64,000 bases of DNA from an uncultured cyanobacterium (lineage in GTDB: Bacteria; Cyanobacteriota; Cyanobacteriia; PCC-6307; Cyanobiaceae). A program made the position numbers and the translations under genes. Location of the stretch: assembly GCA_963765575.1 (NCBI GenBank), contig CAVXWZ010000002.1, forward strand, positions 544,001-608,000, read 5' to 3'. This document shows positions 29,908 through 46,021 of this stretch, piece after piece; position 1 is the stretch's first letter; each line of letters opens with the position of its first letter. The notes beneath the pieces were generated by a model. That model was given only the letters and a program-made list of their open reading frames with translations. It was not told the DNA's origin and did no database searches.

Positions 29908-31524
29908 ATGCCCATTGTGATTCCTGAAGCCATACCCTCGCTCGTGCCCATGCCAGGCCCGTCGACGGCGCCCCTGGCCGTCCTTCCCGACGCCGCCGGA
30001 GCGGCCGGCAACCCGCTCCAAGCCGTGATCGGACCCCAGCTGATGGGCATGGTGGGCAACCTGCTGGGCGCCCTGGGGGTGCTGGTTCTGGGCTTCGTGG
30101 TGGCCGCCCTGCTGGCCCGCGGAGTGCGCCGCCTGGCGCGCCGCACTGGCTTGGACGGGCGCATCGCCGGGGCCGTGAGCGGCGACGGCGAGCGCCGGAT
30201 GCCGCGGCTTGAACGCCTGCTGGCGGCGGTGGTGTTCTGGGTGGTGATGGTGCTGGCCATCGTGGCCGCCCTGAACGTGCTGCAGCTCACGACCGTCTCG
30301 GAGCCGCTCAACGAGTTTCTCAATCAGATCTTCGCCTACCTGCCCAAGCTGGGCGCGGCCGCCTTGCTGGCGGCGCTCGCCTGGCTGCTGGCCACCGTGG
30401 CCCGGGCCGCCCTGCGGCGTGTGACCCAGGGTCTCGGCCACAACCAGCTCCTGGCCCCTCCGGCCGATGGGTCCGAAGCGGCCGCCGCCCCGGTGGCCCA
30501 GGTGGGCAACGCCCTGGCCGAGGTCGTCTACTGGCTGGTGCTGCTCTTCTTCCTGCCGCTGATCCTCAACGCCCTCAACCTGGGCTCCCAGGTCACCCCG
30601 GTGGTGAACCTGTTCGACACCTTCCTCGGCGCCCTGCCCCAGATCGCCAAGGCCGCCCTGATCGCGGCGGTGGGCTGGTTTGTGGCCCGCACCGTGCGGC
30701 TGCTGGTGGCCAACCTGCTGGCCTCCAGCGGCATCGACCAGGTGGGCGCCGGCCTCGGCCTCGACCCCAGCCAGGGCGGCCGCAAGCTGTCCTGGCTGGT
30801 GGGCACCGTGGCGTACGTGCTGATCCTGATCCCCACCGCCACCGCCGCCCTCGATGCCCTGGCGATTCCGGCGATCTCTGAGCCGGCCACGGCGATGCTC
30901 GACCGCATCCTCACCGCCCTGCCCCAGATCTTCACCGCCGTGCTGGTGCTGGCGCTGGGCGTGGTGGCGGGCCGCTTCATCGGCCAGCTGGTGAGCCGTC
31001 TACTGGCGGGGGTGGGCTTCGACCGCCTCTACAGCTGGATGGGGCTGGAGGGGCTGAACCGCAGCGGCGGCAGCGCCACGGGCCGCAGCCCCTCGGAACT
31101 GCTGGGGGTGGTGGCCCAGGTGGGCGTGGTGCTGTTCGCCGCCGTGGCCGCCACCAACGTGCTCAACCTGCCCGGCCTGGCCGAGGTGGTGGAAGGACTG
31201 CTGCTGCTGTTCGGCCAGATTCTCTCGGGCCTGGTGGTGTTCGCCGTGGGCCTCTACCTGGCGCAGCTGGCGCACCAGCTGGTGAGCAGCTCCAGCGGCC
31301 ACCAGGCGCCGCTGCTGGCCCAGATCGCGCGGGTGGCGATCATCGGTTTCACCGGCGCCATGGCGCTGCAGCAGATCGGCGTTGCCCCGAACATCGTGGG
31401 CCTGGCCTTCGGGCTGGTGCTGGGGTCGTTGGCGGTGGCCGCTGCGGTGGCCTTCGGACTCGGCGGCCGCGAAGTGGCGGGCGAGCAACTGCGCGAGTGG
31501 GTGGCGAGTCTCAAGCGCCGCTGA
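29908..31524 (+). CDS. TM-helix repeat membrane protein (CmpX / mechanosensitive-channel-associated)
   Basis: Repeated LPKL/LPQI TM-helix units and C-terminal AFGLGGRE. Confidence 0.75.
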   Translation: MPIVIPEAIPSLVPMPGPSTAPLAVLPDAAGAAGNPLQAVIGPQLMGMVGNLLGALGVLVLGFVVAALLARGVRRLARRTGLDGRIAGAVSGDGERRMPRLERLLAAVVFWVVMVLAIVAALNVLQLTTVSEPLNEFLNQIFAYLPKLGAAALLAALAWLLATVARAALRRVTQGLGHNQLLAPPADGSEAAAAPVAQVGNALAEVVYWLVLLFFLPLILNALNLGSQVTPVVNLFDTFLGALPQIAKAALIAAVGWFVARTVRLLVANLLASSGIDQVGAGLGLDPSQGGRKLSWLVGTVAYVLILIPTATAALDALAIPAISEPATAMLDRILTALPQIFTAVLVLALGVVAGRFIGQLVSRLLAGVGFDRLYSWMGLEGLNRSGGSATGRSPSELLGVVAQVGVVLFAAVAATNVLNLPGLAEVVEGLLLLFGQILSGLVVFAVGLYLAQLAHQLVSSSSGHQAPLLAQIARVAIIGFTGAMALQQIGVAPNIVGLAFGLVLGSLAVAAAVAFGLGGREVAGEQLREWVASLKRR

Positions 31525-31560
31525 CGCCAGAGGCCAGTGCCGGCAGCCAGGGGTTGTCAA

Positions 31561-31634
<74 letters not shown>

Positions 31635-31692
31635 AGGAACCGGGCTGACGCCCAGCACTTGGTCATTATCCGCCACAGGTGATGATGGGCTG

Positions 31693-32106
31693 GAAAGCAG
31701 GCGAGGTGATCGCGATCAGGGGGCTGGCGGTCTTCGGGCCGCCGCTCCACCTGGTTGAGGAAAGTCCGGGCTCCCCAATGGCCAGGCTTGCTGGGTAACG
31801 CCCAGTGCGGGTGACCGTGAGGACAGTGCCACAGAAACACACCGCCGATGGCCCGGAGGCTCGCCTCCGCGGCACAGGCAAGGGTGCAAGGGTGCGGTAA
31901 GAGCGCACCAGCAGCATCGAGAGGTGCTGGCTCGGTAAACCCCGGCCGGGAGCAAGGCCCAGGGACAACGGTTGGCCATGACACCCGTCCCGCCACAAGT
32001 GCGCCGCTCGAGGCCGTCGGAGACGGCGGTCCCAGACAGATGATCGCCCCCCCGGGCGGCTACCGCCGCCTGCGGGTGAACAGAACCCGGCTTATGTCCT
32101 GCTTTC
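31693..32106 (+). ncRNA. rnpB: RNase P RNA (type A)
   Basis: GAGGAAAGTCCGGGCTC, CAGTGCCACAGAAA, GGTAAACCCC and AACAGAACCCGGCTTA; terminal pairing GAAAGCAGG/CCTGCTTTC. Confidence 0.96.
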
Positions 32107-32131
32107 ACCCCCTTCCAGTCCAGTCCCCGCC

Positions 32132-32887
32132 GTGACCCCGGAGCGCCGTCGCCAGCTGCTGGCCTTCCTGGCCGGCCTGGGACTGAATCCAGCCCCGCCG
32201 CACGGCCCCGGCGATGGGCCCGAGCTGCTGGCGCCGATCGAGGAGGCCCTCACCCACACCTCCGCCCGCCAGCCTCGCAACCACGAGCGGCTTGAGTTTC
32301 TCGGCGATGCGGTGTTGCGCCTCGCCGCCTCGGAGTACCTGGAGCGCCAGCACCCCCGCCTGAGCGTGGGCCGCCGCTCGGCCCTGCGCGCCCAGCTGGT
32401 GAGCGACCGCTGGCTGGGGGAGCTGGGGGAGCACTGCGGCATCGAGACGGTGTGGCGGATCGGCGCCATCGCCGCCGGCGACCGCGCTGGCCAGGCCACC
32501 GTGCGCGCCGAACTCTGCGAAGCCCTGATCGGCGCCCTTTATCAGCTGTGGGGGGGAACGGCGGGCGGCCTGGAGCCGGTGCTGCAGTGGCTCACGCCCC
32601 ACTGGCAACGCAGCAGCGCCGAGCTGCTGGCCGATCCCCACCGCCACAACTGGAAATCCGCCCTGCAGGAGTGGAGCCAGGGCTGCGCCCTGGGGCTGCC
32701 CGCTTACCACTGCCGGGAGCAGCACCCCCTGCACGGCCATCCCCAGCGCTTCCAGTGCACGGTCGCGCTGCCGCGGCCCGGAAGCGATCCGTGCGTCGCC
32801 GAGGGTGCGGGCCCCTCACGCCGCGCCGCCGAGCAGGACGCCGCCCGCTCGCTGCTGGCCCTGCTCAGGCCTGCTCCAGGGTGTTGA
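32132..32887 (+). CDS. rnc: Ribonuclease III
   Basis: NHERLEFLGDAVL, EALIGALY and dsRBD (NWKSALQEWSQ...SRRAAEQDAA). Confidence 0.9.
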   Translation: MTPERRRQLLAFLAGLGLNPAPPHGPGDGPELLAPIEEALTHTSARQPRNHERLEFLGDAVLRLAASEYLERQHPRLSVGRRSALRAQLVSDRWLGELGEHCGIETVWRIGAIAAGDRAGQATVRAELCEALIGALYQLWGGTAGGLEPVLQWLTPHWQRSSAELLADPHRHNWKSALQEWSQGCALGLPAYHCREQHPLHGHPQRFQCTVALPRPGSDPCVAEGAGPSRRAAEQDAARSLLALLRPAPGC

Positions 32888-33044
32888 GCGGCACAGTCAC
32901 CAGCTTGTCCCAGTTGCCGCCCTCAAACAGCACAGCCGCCCGGCTGCCGCTGATGCGTTGCACGAAGCCCCGGTAGCCGTTGTAGATGGAGCGTCCATCG
33001 CGCACCACCACGGTGGTGCCGGGCAGGATCGGCAGAGCGGTCAT
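32865..33044 (-). CDS. ndhS: NDH-1 subunit S (59 aa, absent from the ORF track)
   Basis: Manual translation [59 protein letters not shown]. Confidence 0.9.
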   Translation of the reverse strand: MTALPILPGTTVVVRDGRSIYNGYRGFVQRISGSRAAVLFEGGNWDKLVTVPLNTLEQA

Positions 33045-33109
33045 GGTGGGCTGGCGAGGGACAGGTGCGGGCTCTGGCCCATTATCGGGGGCCGATGGCT
33101 GCGGCAGGA

Positions 33110-33643
33110 ATGGCGGACGCTCCGGCCGACGAATTGATGGTGGTGGGGCGCGTGGTGGCGGCCCAGGGCCTGAAGGGGGAACTGCGGATGCTGCCCCTGA
33201 GTGATTTCCCCGAGCGCTTCACCCGGGCGGGCCAGCGCTGGTTGCGGCGGCCGGGGGGAGACGTGCGCAGCGTCGAGCTGCTGGGCGGGCGGGTGCTGCC
33301 GGGCAAGGAGCTGTTCGTGGTGCGCCTGGAGGGCATCGACAGCCGCGAGGCCGTCGAGGCGCTGGTGGGGGAGGAGCTGCTGGTGCGCGCCAGCGACCGG
33401 CCGCGGCTGGGGAAGGGGGAATTCCACCTGCTCGATCTGGTGGGACTGGAGGTGCGGCTGCTGGAGAGCGGCGCGGCCCTGGGCACGGTGACCAACCTGC
33501 TGCACGCCGGCAACGACCTGCTGGAGGTGACGATCGACGAGCGGCGCGTGCTGATCCCCTTCGTGCGCCCAATCGTGCCGGAGGTGCACCTCGACCAGGG
33601 CTGGATCGGCATCACGCCGCCGCCAGGGCTGCTGGAGCTCTGA
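33110..33643 (+). CDS. rimM: Ribosome maturation factor RimM
   Basis: [28 protein letters not shown] and LIPFV...PPPGLL. Confidence 0.93.
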   Translation: MADAPADELMVVGRVVAAQGLKGELRMLPLSDFPERFTRAGQRWLRRPGGDVRSVELLGGRVLPGKELFVVRLEGIDSREAVEALVGEELLVRASDRPRLGKGEFHLLDLVGLEVRLLESGAALGTVTNLLHAGNDLLEVTIDERRVLIPFVRPIVPEVHLDQGWIGITPPPGLLEL

Positions 33644-33716
33644 GCCCAGCTGGTTGCCCTGGCCCCTGCTTGCCGGCTGGCCTTGAATGGGGCCACCGCC
33701 GTCCCCGCAGAGCCCC

Positions 33717-35214
33717 ATGGCCCCCAGCAACCTGGTTCCGGTGATTCTCTGCGGCGGCACCGGCACCCGGCTGTGGCCGCTGTCGCGCGCCAGCTACCCC
33801 AAGCAGTACTGGGCCCTGGCCGGTGACGGCGAGGAAACCCTGCTGCAGCAAACCCAGCTGCGCCTGGCGGGACTGCCGGGCCTGGCACCACCGCTGCTGA
33901 TCTGCAACGAGGACCACCGCTTCATCGTGGCCGAGCAGATGCGCCAGATCGACGTGGATCCGGCCGGCATCCTGCTGGAGCCGATCGGCCGCAACACCGC
34001 CCCGGCGGTGGCGGTGGCGGCGCTGCAGGCCACGGCCCAGGGCGACGATCCGCTGCTGCTGGTGCTGGCGGCCGACCATGTGATCCGCGACGCCGAGCGC
34101 TTCCGCGCCAGCGTCTGCGCCGGCCTGGCGGCGGCGGCGGCGGGCCGGCTGGTGACCTTCGGGATCGTGCCCACGGCAGCGGAAACCGGCTACGGCTACA
34201 TCGAGGCCGCCGAAGCGCTGCCCCTCGATGGCGACGCGGCGCCGGCTCGACCGGTGCCCATCGCCCGCTTCGTGGAGAAGCCCGACCAGGCGACGGCCGA
34301 GGCCTTCCTGGCCACCGGGCGCTTCACCTGGAACAGCGGCATGTTCCTGTTCCGCTCCAGCGCCATCCTGGCGGAGCTGGAGCGGCTGGCCCCGGAGGTG
34401 GTGAGCGCCTGCCGCTCGGCCCTGGAGCACGATGCCGCCGATCTCGACTTCCTGCGCCTGGAGCGCGAGGCCTTCGCCGGCTGTCCCAACGTGGCGCTGG
34501 ATGTGGCGGTGATGGAGCAGACCACCCTGGGCAGCGTGCTGCCGCTGCAGGCCGGCTGGAGTGATGTGGGCAGCTGGAGCGCCCTGTGGGAAACGGCCGA
34601 CCAGGACGCCGCCGGCAATGTGCTGCGCGGACGGGTGATCAGCCAGTCTTCCCGCAACTGCTACCTGCGCAGTGAACACCGGCTGGTGGTGGGGCTGGGC
34701 GTGGAGGATCTGGTGGTGGTGGAAACCGACGACGTGGTGCTGGTGGCCCACCGCGACTGCGCCCAGGACGTGAAGAGTGTGGTGGGCCTGCTGGAGCAGG
34801 CGGGGGCGCGCGAGAGCCGGGCCCACCGCAAGATCTACCGGCCCTGGGGCTCCTACGACGGCGTGGTGGAGGGCGAGCGCTGGCAGGTGAAGACGATCGT
34901 GGTCAATCCCGGCGCCAGCCTGTCGCTGCAGATGCACCACCACCGGGCCGAGCACTGGGTGGTGGTGCAGGGCACGGCCCTGGTGGAGAAGGACGGCAGC
35001 CAGGAGCTGCTGAGCGAGAACCAGAGCACCTACATCCCGCTGGGGTCCCGCCACCGGCTCAGCAACCCCGGCCGCATCCCCATGGAGATGATCGAGGTGC
35101 AGAGCGGCTCCTATCTGGGCGAAGACGACATCCTGCGCTTCGAGGACCGCTACGGCCGCAGCGACCAGCCCCAGGCCCAACCCCAGCGGGCGCAGGCGGC
35201 GGTGGGCGGAGCCC

Positions 35215-35228
<14 letters not shown>
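33717..35228 (+). CDS. manC: Mannose-1-phosphate guanylyltransferase / mannose-6-phosphate isomerase
   Basis: ILCGGTGTRLWPLSR, EPIGRNTAPA, WSDVGSW and cupin LSLQMHHHRAEHW. Confidence 0.92.
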
Positions 35229-37164
<1,936 letters not shown>

Positions 37165-37190
37165 AGGGCTGTGGCAACAAAACCTGGGGC

Positions 37191-37218
37191 AACAAAAAAG
37201 CCCGGCTTGCGGCCGGGC
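37191..37218 (-). terminator. Intrinsic terminator downstream of psaC
   Basis: Minus strand GCCCGGC-CGCAA-GCCGGGC followed by TTTTTTGTT. Confidence 0.8.
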
Positions 37219-37345
37219 CTGAGCTTATGGAAGCCCAGCGGAGGGGCAAGGGCACACCCGTCAGGGCACCTGAGAGGGGGCCTTGAAAGGAGCGTTGAAA
37301 CACTGGAGCAGGATCGCCAGCCTGGGGCGATCCGTGACTCGCGGC

Positions 37346-37684
<339 letters not shown>

Positions 37685-37781
37685 TCATACGCAGGCCCGG
37701 TGCGGGGCCGGCAGGGGCTGGGCGCCGGCCCGGGGAGGCCGGCCCGGTGACCCGTAGAGTGCCTCGATTCTCACAGCGGCC

Positions 37782-38024
37782 ATGTCACAGGAAGCGATCT
37801 ACGAGAAAGTGCGCTCGATCGTTGCCGAGCAACTCAGCGTCGATGCCGCTGAGGTCAAGTCCGAGTCGAACTTCCAGAACGACCTGGGCGCCGATTCCCT
37901 GGACACGGTGGAACTGGTGATGGCGCTTGAAGAGGCCTTCGACATCGAGATTCCCGATGAGGCCGCCGAGGGCATCGCCACCGTCGGTGATGCCGTCAAC
38001 TACATCCAAGAGAAACAGGCCTGA
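37782..38024 (+). CDS. acpP: Acyl carrier protein
   Basis: [20 protein letters not shown]. Confidence 0.98.
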   Translation: MSQEAIYEKVRSIVAEQLSVDAAEVKSESNFQNDLGADSLDTVELVMALEEAFDIEIPDEAAEGIATVGDAVNYIQEKQA

Positions 38025-38032
38025 ACCGCTCC

Positions 38033-39280
38033 ATGGTTGAGGGTCTTCAGCGCGTCGTCGTCACCGGCCTCGGTGCGCTCACACCGATCGGCAACGACGT
38101 GGCCAGCTACTGGGAGGGTCTCAGCAGCGGTCGCAATGGCGTGGCGGGCATCACCCTCTTCGACCCCAGCCGCCATGCCTGCCGCTTCGCCGCGGAGGTG
38201 AAGAATTTCGATGCCCGCGGCTGGCTGGAGCCCAAGGAAGTCAAGCGCTGGGATCGCTTCTGCCAGTTCGCCGTGGTGGCCGCCAGGCAGGCCGTGGCCG
38301 ATGCCGGCCTGAGCATCACCGACAGCAACCGCCAGCGCGTGGGCACCGCCATCGGCTCGGGCGTGGGTGGCCTGCTGATGATGGAAACCCAGGCCCAGGT
38401 GCTCGTTGACCGCGGCCCCGATCGGGTCAGCCCGTTCTGCGTGCCGATGATGATCCCCAACATGGCCACCGGGCTGACGGCGATCGCCCTCGGTGCCCAG
38501 GGCCCCAGCAGTGCGGTGTCCACCGCCTGCGCCGCCGGCTCCAACGCCATTGGCGATGCCTACCGCCTGATCCAGCTGGGTCTGGCCGACGCCATGGTGT
38601 GCGGCGGCGCCGAGTCAGCGATCACGCCCCTGGGGGTGGCCGGTTTCGCCAGCGCCAAGGCGCTGTCGTTCCGCAACGACGATCCAGCCACGGCCAGCCG
38701 GCCCTTCGATGCCGAGCGCAATGGCTTCGTGATCGGCGAGGGCGCCGGCATGCTGGTGCTCGAGAGCCTCGACCACGCCCGCTCCCGCGGCGCCCGCATC
38801 CTCGGCGAGGTGGTGGGCTACGGCATGACCTGCGATGCCCACCACATGACCGCCCCCGCCCCGGGCGGCATCGGCGGCGCCGAGGCCATGCGCCTGGCCC
38901 TCCGCGATGCCGGCCTCGAAGCCGAAGCGGTGGATTACGTCAACGCCCACGGCACCAGCACCCAGGCCAACGACAGCAACGAGACGGCCGCCATCAAGAG
39001 CGCCCTGGGGGACCATGCCCGGCAGATCCCAGTGAGTTCCACCAAGTCGATGACCGGCCACCTGCTGGGCGGCAGCGGCGGCATCGAGGCGGTGGCCGCC
39101 ATCCTGGCGATGGAGCACGGAGTGGTGCCGCCTACCATCAACTACAGCAATCCGGATCCGGCCTGTGATCTGGATGTCGTACCCAACCAGGCCCGGGAAG
39201 CCAAGCTCGATGTGGTGTTGTCCAACTCCTTTGGATTCGGAGGCCACAACGTCTGCCTGGCCTTTCGACGGCTGAGCTGA
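38033..39280 (+). CDS. fabF: 3-oxoacyl-ACP synthase II
   Basis: TACAAG, NAHGTST, KSMTGHLLG and SNSFGFGGHN. Confidence 0.96.
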   Translation: MVEGLQRVVVTGLGALTPIGNDVASYWEGLSSGRNGVAGITLFDPSRHACRFAAEVKNFDARGWLEPKEVKRWDRFCQFAVVAARQAVADAGLSITDSNRQRVGTAIGSGVGGLLMMETQAQVLVDRGPDRVSPFCVPMMIPNMATGLTAIALGAQGPSSAVSTACAAGSNAIGDAYRLIQLGLADAMVCGGAESAITPLGVAGFASAKALSFRNDDPATASRPFDAERNGFVIGEGAGMLVLESLDHARSRGARILGEVVGYGMTCDAHHMTAPAPGGIGGAEAMRLALRDAGLEAEAVDYVNAHGTSTQANDSNETAAIKSALGDHARQIPVSSTKSMTGHLLGGSGGIEAVAAILAMEHGVVPPTINYSNPDPACDLDVVPNQAREAKLDVVLSNSFGFGGHNVCLAFRRLS

Positions 39281-39370
39281 GCCTTCCCGCCCAGCCTGAA
39301 TTCCCCACCTGTGCCCGAGCGCCCACGGCGCTTCAGCCCAGCCCCTTCTCCCACCTTTCGCTTTTCAACG

Positions 39371-41398
39371 ATGGTCGCAGCTCCCCCGTCCCCCGTCACC
39401 GCCGCCGGTCCGCTGGAGGCGCTGTGCGTCAACAGCATCCGCTTTCTCGCGGTCGACGCGATCAACAAGTCGAACTCCGGCCACCCGGGGCTGCCGATGG
39501 GCTGCGCGCCCATGGCCTTCGCGCTGTGGGACAAGCTGCTGAAGCACAACCCCAAGAACCCCAAGTGGTTCAACCGGGATCGCTTCGTGCTCTCGGCCGG
39601 CCACGGCTGCATGCTGCTCTACGCGCTGCTGCACCTCACCGGTTACGACTCGGTGAGCCTCGACGACATCAAGCAGTTCCGCCAGTGGGGCTCCAAGACC
39701 CCGGGCCACCCGGAGACCTTCGAAACCCCCGGGGTGGAAGTGACCACGGGCCCGCTGGGGCAGGGCATCTCCAGCGCCGTGGGCCTGGCGATGGCCGAGG
39801 CCCATCTGGCCGCCCGCTTCAACAAGCCCGACTGCACCCTGGTGGACCATTTCACCTATGTGCTCATGGGTGACGGCTGCAACCAGGAGGGAGTGAGCTC
39901 GGAGGCCGCCTCCCTGGCCGGCCACCTGGGCCTGGGCAAGCTGATCGCCCTCTACGACGACAACCACATCACCATCGACGGCAACACCGAGGTGTCCTTC
40001 ACCGAGGATGTGCTGAAGCGCTACGAGGCCTACGGCTGGCACACCATCCACATCGCCGACGGCAACACCGACATCGCCGCCATCAGCGGCGCGATTGAGG
40101 CGGCCAAGGCGGTCACGGACCGTCCCTCGCTGATCAAGGTCACCACCACCATCGGCTACGGCTCCCCCAACAAGGCCAACACCGCCGGGGTCCACGGTGC
40201 CGCCCTGGGGGCCGATGAGGCCGAGCTCACCCGCAAAAACCTGGGCTGGACCTTTGGCGCCTTCGAGGTGCCCCAGCAGGCTTACGACCACTGGCGTCAG
40301 GCCGTGGGCCGCGGCGCCGCCGCCGAGGCCGACTGGAACAGCCGCCTCGACGACTACCGCCGCAGCTACCCCGCCGAGGCGGCCGCGTTCGAGCGCCAGC
40401 TGCGCGGTGAACTGCCCCAGGGCTGGGATGGCGGCCTGCCCGCCTACGGCGCCGAGGACAAGGGCAAGGCCACCCGCGCCCACTCCTTCGACTGCCTCAA
40501 TGCCATCGGCCCCAACCTGCCGGAACTGATCGGCGGCTCGGCCGACCTCACCCACTCCAACCTCACCGACATCAAGGGGGAGAAGAGCTTCCAGAAGGGC
40601 GCCGAAGCCAACCGCTACCTGCACTTCGGTGTGCGCGAGCACGCCATGGCGGCGATCCTCAATGGCCTCGCGTATCACGGCAGCGGCCTGATCCCCTACG
40701 GCGGCACCTTCGCCGTGTTCGCCGGCTATGCCCTCGGCGCCATCCGCCTTTCGGCCCTGAGTGAGCTGGGCGTGATCTACGTGCTCACCCACGACTCCAT
40801 CGGCCTGGGCGAGGACGGCCCCACCCACCAGCCGATCGAGACCCTGGCCAGCCTGCGGGCCCTGCCGAACCTGCTGGTGATCCGCCCCGGCGACGGCAAC
40901 GAGACCAGTGGTGCCTACCAGGTGGCGATCAACAACCGTCACCGCCCCACGGCCCTGATCCTCAGCCGCCAGGCGATGGCCAACCAGGCCAACTCCAGTG
41001 CCGCCGCCGTGGCCAGGGGCGGCTACGTGCTGGAGGACAGCAACGGCAGCACCCGATCTGATCCTGATCGGCACCGGCACCGAGCTGGAGCTCTGCACCA
41101 AGGCCGCCGCCGCGCTGCGCGCCGAAGGCAAGGCCGTACGGGTGGTGTCGATGCCCTGTGTGGAGCTGTTCGAGGAGCAGGACGCCAGCTACCGCGAGAG
41201 CGTGCTGCCCGCCGCCTGCCGCAAACGCCTGGTGGTGGAGGCCTCCAGCAGCTTCGGCTGGCACAAGTTCACCGGCTTCGAGGGCGACACCGTGTCGATC
41301 GACCGCTTCGGCGCCTCCGCCCCCGGCCCGGTGTGCATGGAGCAGTTCGGCTTCACCGTGGACAACGTGCTGGCCAAGGCCAGGGCCTGCTGGGCTGA
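39371..41398 (+). CDS. tkt: Transketolase (two compensating frameshifts near 41050 and 41385, probably errors)
   Basis: [17 protein letters not shown] and [16 protein letters not shown]; the C-terminal domain [11 protein letters not shown]...FGFTVDNV lies in another frame. Confidence 0.93.
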   Translation: MVAAPPSPVTAAGPLEALCVNSIRFLAVDAINKSNSGHPGLPMGCAPMAFALWDKLLKHNPKNPKWFNRDRFVLSAGHGCMLLYALLHLTGYDSVSLDDIKQFRQWGSKTPGHPETFETPGVEVTTGPLGQGISSAVGLAMAEAHLAARFNKPDCTLVDHFTYVLMGDGCNQEGVSSEAASLAGHLGLGKLIALYDDNHITIDGNTEVSFTEDVLKRYEAYGWHTIHIADGNTDIAAISGAIEAAKAVTDRPSLIKVTTTIGYGSPNKANTAGVHGAALGADEAELTRKNLGWTFGAFEVPQQAYDHWRQAVGRGAAAEADWNSRLDDYRRSYPAEAAAFERQLRGELPQGWDGGLPAYGAEDKGKATRAHSFDCLNAIGPNLPELIGGSADLTHSNLTDIKGEKSFQKGAEANRYLHFGVREHAMAAILNGLAYHGSGLIPYGGTFAVFAGYALGAIRLSALSELGVIYVLTHDSIGLGEDGPTHQPIETLASLRALPNLLVIRPGDGNETSGAYQVAINNRHRPTALILSRQAMANQANSSAAAVARGGYVLEDSNGSTRSDPDRHRHRAGALHQGRRRAARRRQGRTGGVDALCGAVRGAGRQLPRERAARRLPQTPGGGGLQQLRLAQVHRLRGRHRVDRPLRRLRPRPGVHGAVRLHRGQRAGQGQGLLG

Positions 41399-41467
41399 TC
41401 CAGCCGGCCTGGGTATCCCGCCAGCTGATCAGGGTCGGCCAGCCAATCTGCTTGTCTGAATCCTTAG

Positions 41468-41492
41468 GGCCCCGCAGATGGCGGGGCTTTTT
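41468..41492 (+). terminator. Intrinsic terminator after tkt
   Basis: GCCCCGC-AGATG-GCGGGGC followed by TTTTT. Confidence 0.8.
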
Positions 41493-41685
41493 GCTGAGGG
41501 CGCCTCGTCAGAGCCCGACACGACAGGGGAGGAAGGCAGAGTGCTCAACGTGATCGCACTGCTGTGACAACCAGCACCCCAGGCCCTGGAAACCATCTGA
41601 CGGAGATTGCCGAAGAGTCCCCTGCCTGAGCAGGGAACACCTCCAAGCCGAACAAAGGGATAACAGTAAAGAAAGACTACAGGCT

Positions 41686-42865
41686 ATGCGCTTGTCCCAA
41701 GACGCACGCTTGGAGGCGGCTAAACAAGAACGATTAATTCTTTAGAGGCGCCGATGCGACTCAGGAACAAGGGCGCCAATGGCGCTTCGGGCGCCAACTC
41801 CGGCCAGAATGGTGCTCCCGGATCCCAAGAGGAGGTCGCCGCAGCAGCTGGCCGACGTGGCAGCGATGGTGCAGACGGCAGGAATATTGTTACCAATCCC
41901 AACGGGACGGATGGGCGCAATGGTGGCAATGGCCGGAATGGCGTCGATGGCGGCAACGGCAGGGATGGGGGCGATGGCGACTCGGGCCAGAATGGATTGG
42001 TTGGCTTAAGACTGAGACAAAAGGATATCGGGAAAGGGACGAGGCAGAGACAGAATCCTGGGATTGGCGGCAGGGGTGGAAACGGCCGAGATGGCGGCGA
42101 TGGAGGCGAACGGTGGTGCTGGTCAGAGGGGTGGATCGGGTGGACGGGGTGGCGATGGTGGGGACGCCGCAATGCCGTGTTCGCGAAGTGCCGGTGATGG
42201 CGGCAATGGTGGGAATGGTGGACGATGGAGGTAATGGCGGAAATGGTGGTGATGGGGGTGATGGCGGCGATGGGGGCAGCGGCGGTTCCGGCATTGTCTT
42301 CCGCTCTCGTTTCAATACCGGCGCCGGTAACGATGTGATCATCGGCAGAGGGGGGGCCGGAGGGCTTGGGAGCTCAGGGCGGAAGTGGTGGCGAGCTCGG
42401 AGCTGGGGGTAGAGGTGGGTCTTTGGTGGCGTTGGCAGGGGACTCGGGGGTAAGTTCAAGGGCGCAAGCCTTGCCAGGAATGGAGAAAACGGCAGTTGTG
42501 GAACTTTGGCAGTGGGTGGAAACCCTGGGAGCTCCGGCGACCCTGGAGAAGATGGAGAAAACGGCAGCAGAGGTTTCGCCATTTTTAGCAAAACAACAGT
42601 CAAAACAGGCGCTGGAAACGATACGATCAATGGCCTACGAGGAGGTTTTGGAGGTAGCGGCAAATATCTGCTGGGCAGCGGCAAGGACCGAGTGCTGGGC
42701 TTTGGGAATGGCACCTTTAATGGCGGCAAAGGGAAAGACTCCCTGTTCCTGCCAGGACAAGCCAGTGATTACAACACCAGAAATATCAAAGGCGGCTTCT
42801 CGTATACCATGGGATCTATGACCATGCGTGCGATAAGCTTTGAGGAAATTACATTCCTGGGCTAA
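41686..42865 (+). CDS. Glycine-rich (G-x-x)n protein with RTX-like C-terminal repeats, broken by several indels
   Basis: GGNGGNGGDGGDGGDGG-type tracts spread over three frames; TGAGND (x2), GSGKD and GGKGKD repeats; AT-richer DNA; 5' boundary uncertain. Confidence 0.6.
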
Positions 42866-42929
42866 TCCTCGACCAGGAAGTCATCACCAGAATGACTCCA
42901 GGAGCCTCTGCGACTCTCGCGCAGGGGCT

Positions 42930-45169
<2,240 letters not shown>

Positions 45170-45226
45170 TCACGACCGTACGAAGGGCGATCAGCGCCGA
45201 GCGCGGCCCTCACATTCCGTAGCCCT

Positions 45227-45994
45227 TCACGGCCCCGCCAGGGCCGCGCGCAAGGCCGCCGAATCGAGGATCGGCGTGTTGTGGTCGAGATCGCTCACCA
45301 CCACCAGCTCGGCCACGCCCGGCCGGAAGGCCCGCTGCAGGGCTTCGGCATGGCGCAGCGGCACCACCGCATCCAATTCGGCCGCCACGATCGTGGTGGG
45401 GGCGCGCACCCGGGGCGCCTCGGCCGCCGCGTCCCAGCGGTCGCGCAGCAGCAGCCGCACCGGCAGCCAGGGCATGGCGCCGCGGGCCACCGCCAGCAGG
45501 CTGTCGAAGGGCACCAGCAGCACCAGCCGCTGCACCTCGCGGGTGGCGGCCAGGTGCACGGCCGGCCCGGTGCCGAGGCTGCGGCCCGCCACACTCACCT
45601 CGCGGTGCCGCTGGCTCACGTGGGCGTAGAGCGCCTGGGCGTCGGCGCGCAGAGCGGCTTCGCTGGGCCTGCCGCCGCTGCCGCCATAGCCGCGGTAGTG
45701 GAGCAGGTAGAGGGCGGTGTCCGGCAGCAGGGCGGCCAGCTCGGCGCGGGTCAGCGACACATCCTCGGCATTGCCGCCGAAGTAGATCAGCGCCTTCGGC
45801 CCCGCATGGGGACGCTGGGCCACCAGCACCCGCGCGCCCTCCACCTGCAGCGCCAGCTGATTGCGGGGATCGGCGGCCGGCCTCGGGAAGTAGATGAACG
45901 AGCGCTGGGCCACGGCCATCAACAGGCAGACGCTGCCGTAGCCCAGGGCCAGCCAGGCCGCCCAGCCCAGCAGGCGGGCCGTGGGTGGGTTCAT
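45227..45994 (-). CDS. Alpha/beta hydrolase
   Basis: [21 protein letters not shown] and DHN; N-terminal TM segment. Confidence 0.85.
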   Translation of the reverse strand: MNPPTARLLGWAAWLALGYGSVCLLMAVAQRSFIYFPRPAADPRNQLALQVEGARVLVAQRPHAGPKALIYFGGNAEDVSLTRAELAALLPDTALYLLHYRGYGGSGGRPSEAALRADAQALYAHVSQRHREVSVAGRSLGTGPAVHLAATREVQRLVLLVPFDSLLAVARGAMPWLPVRLLLRDRWDAAAEAPRVRAPTTIVAAELDAVVPLRHAEALQRAFRPGVAELVVVSDLDHNTPILDSAALRAALAGP

Positions 45995-46021
45995 CGCTGC
46001 TCCGGCATCGCCATCACCACC

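Noticed and set aside
37165..37345. Possible glmS ribozyme upstream of glmS
   Set aside because: No glmS ribozyme core was recognised; the region is explained by the psaC 3' UTR and terminator.
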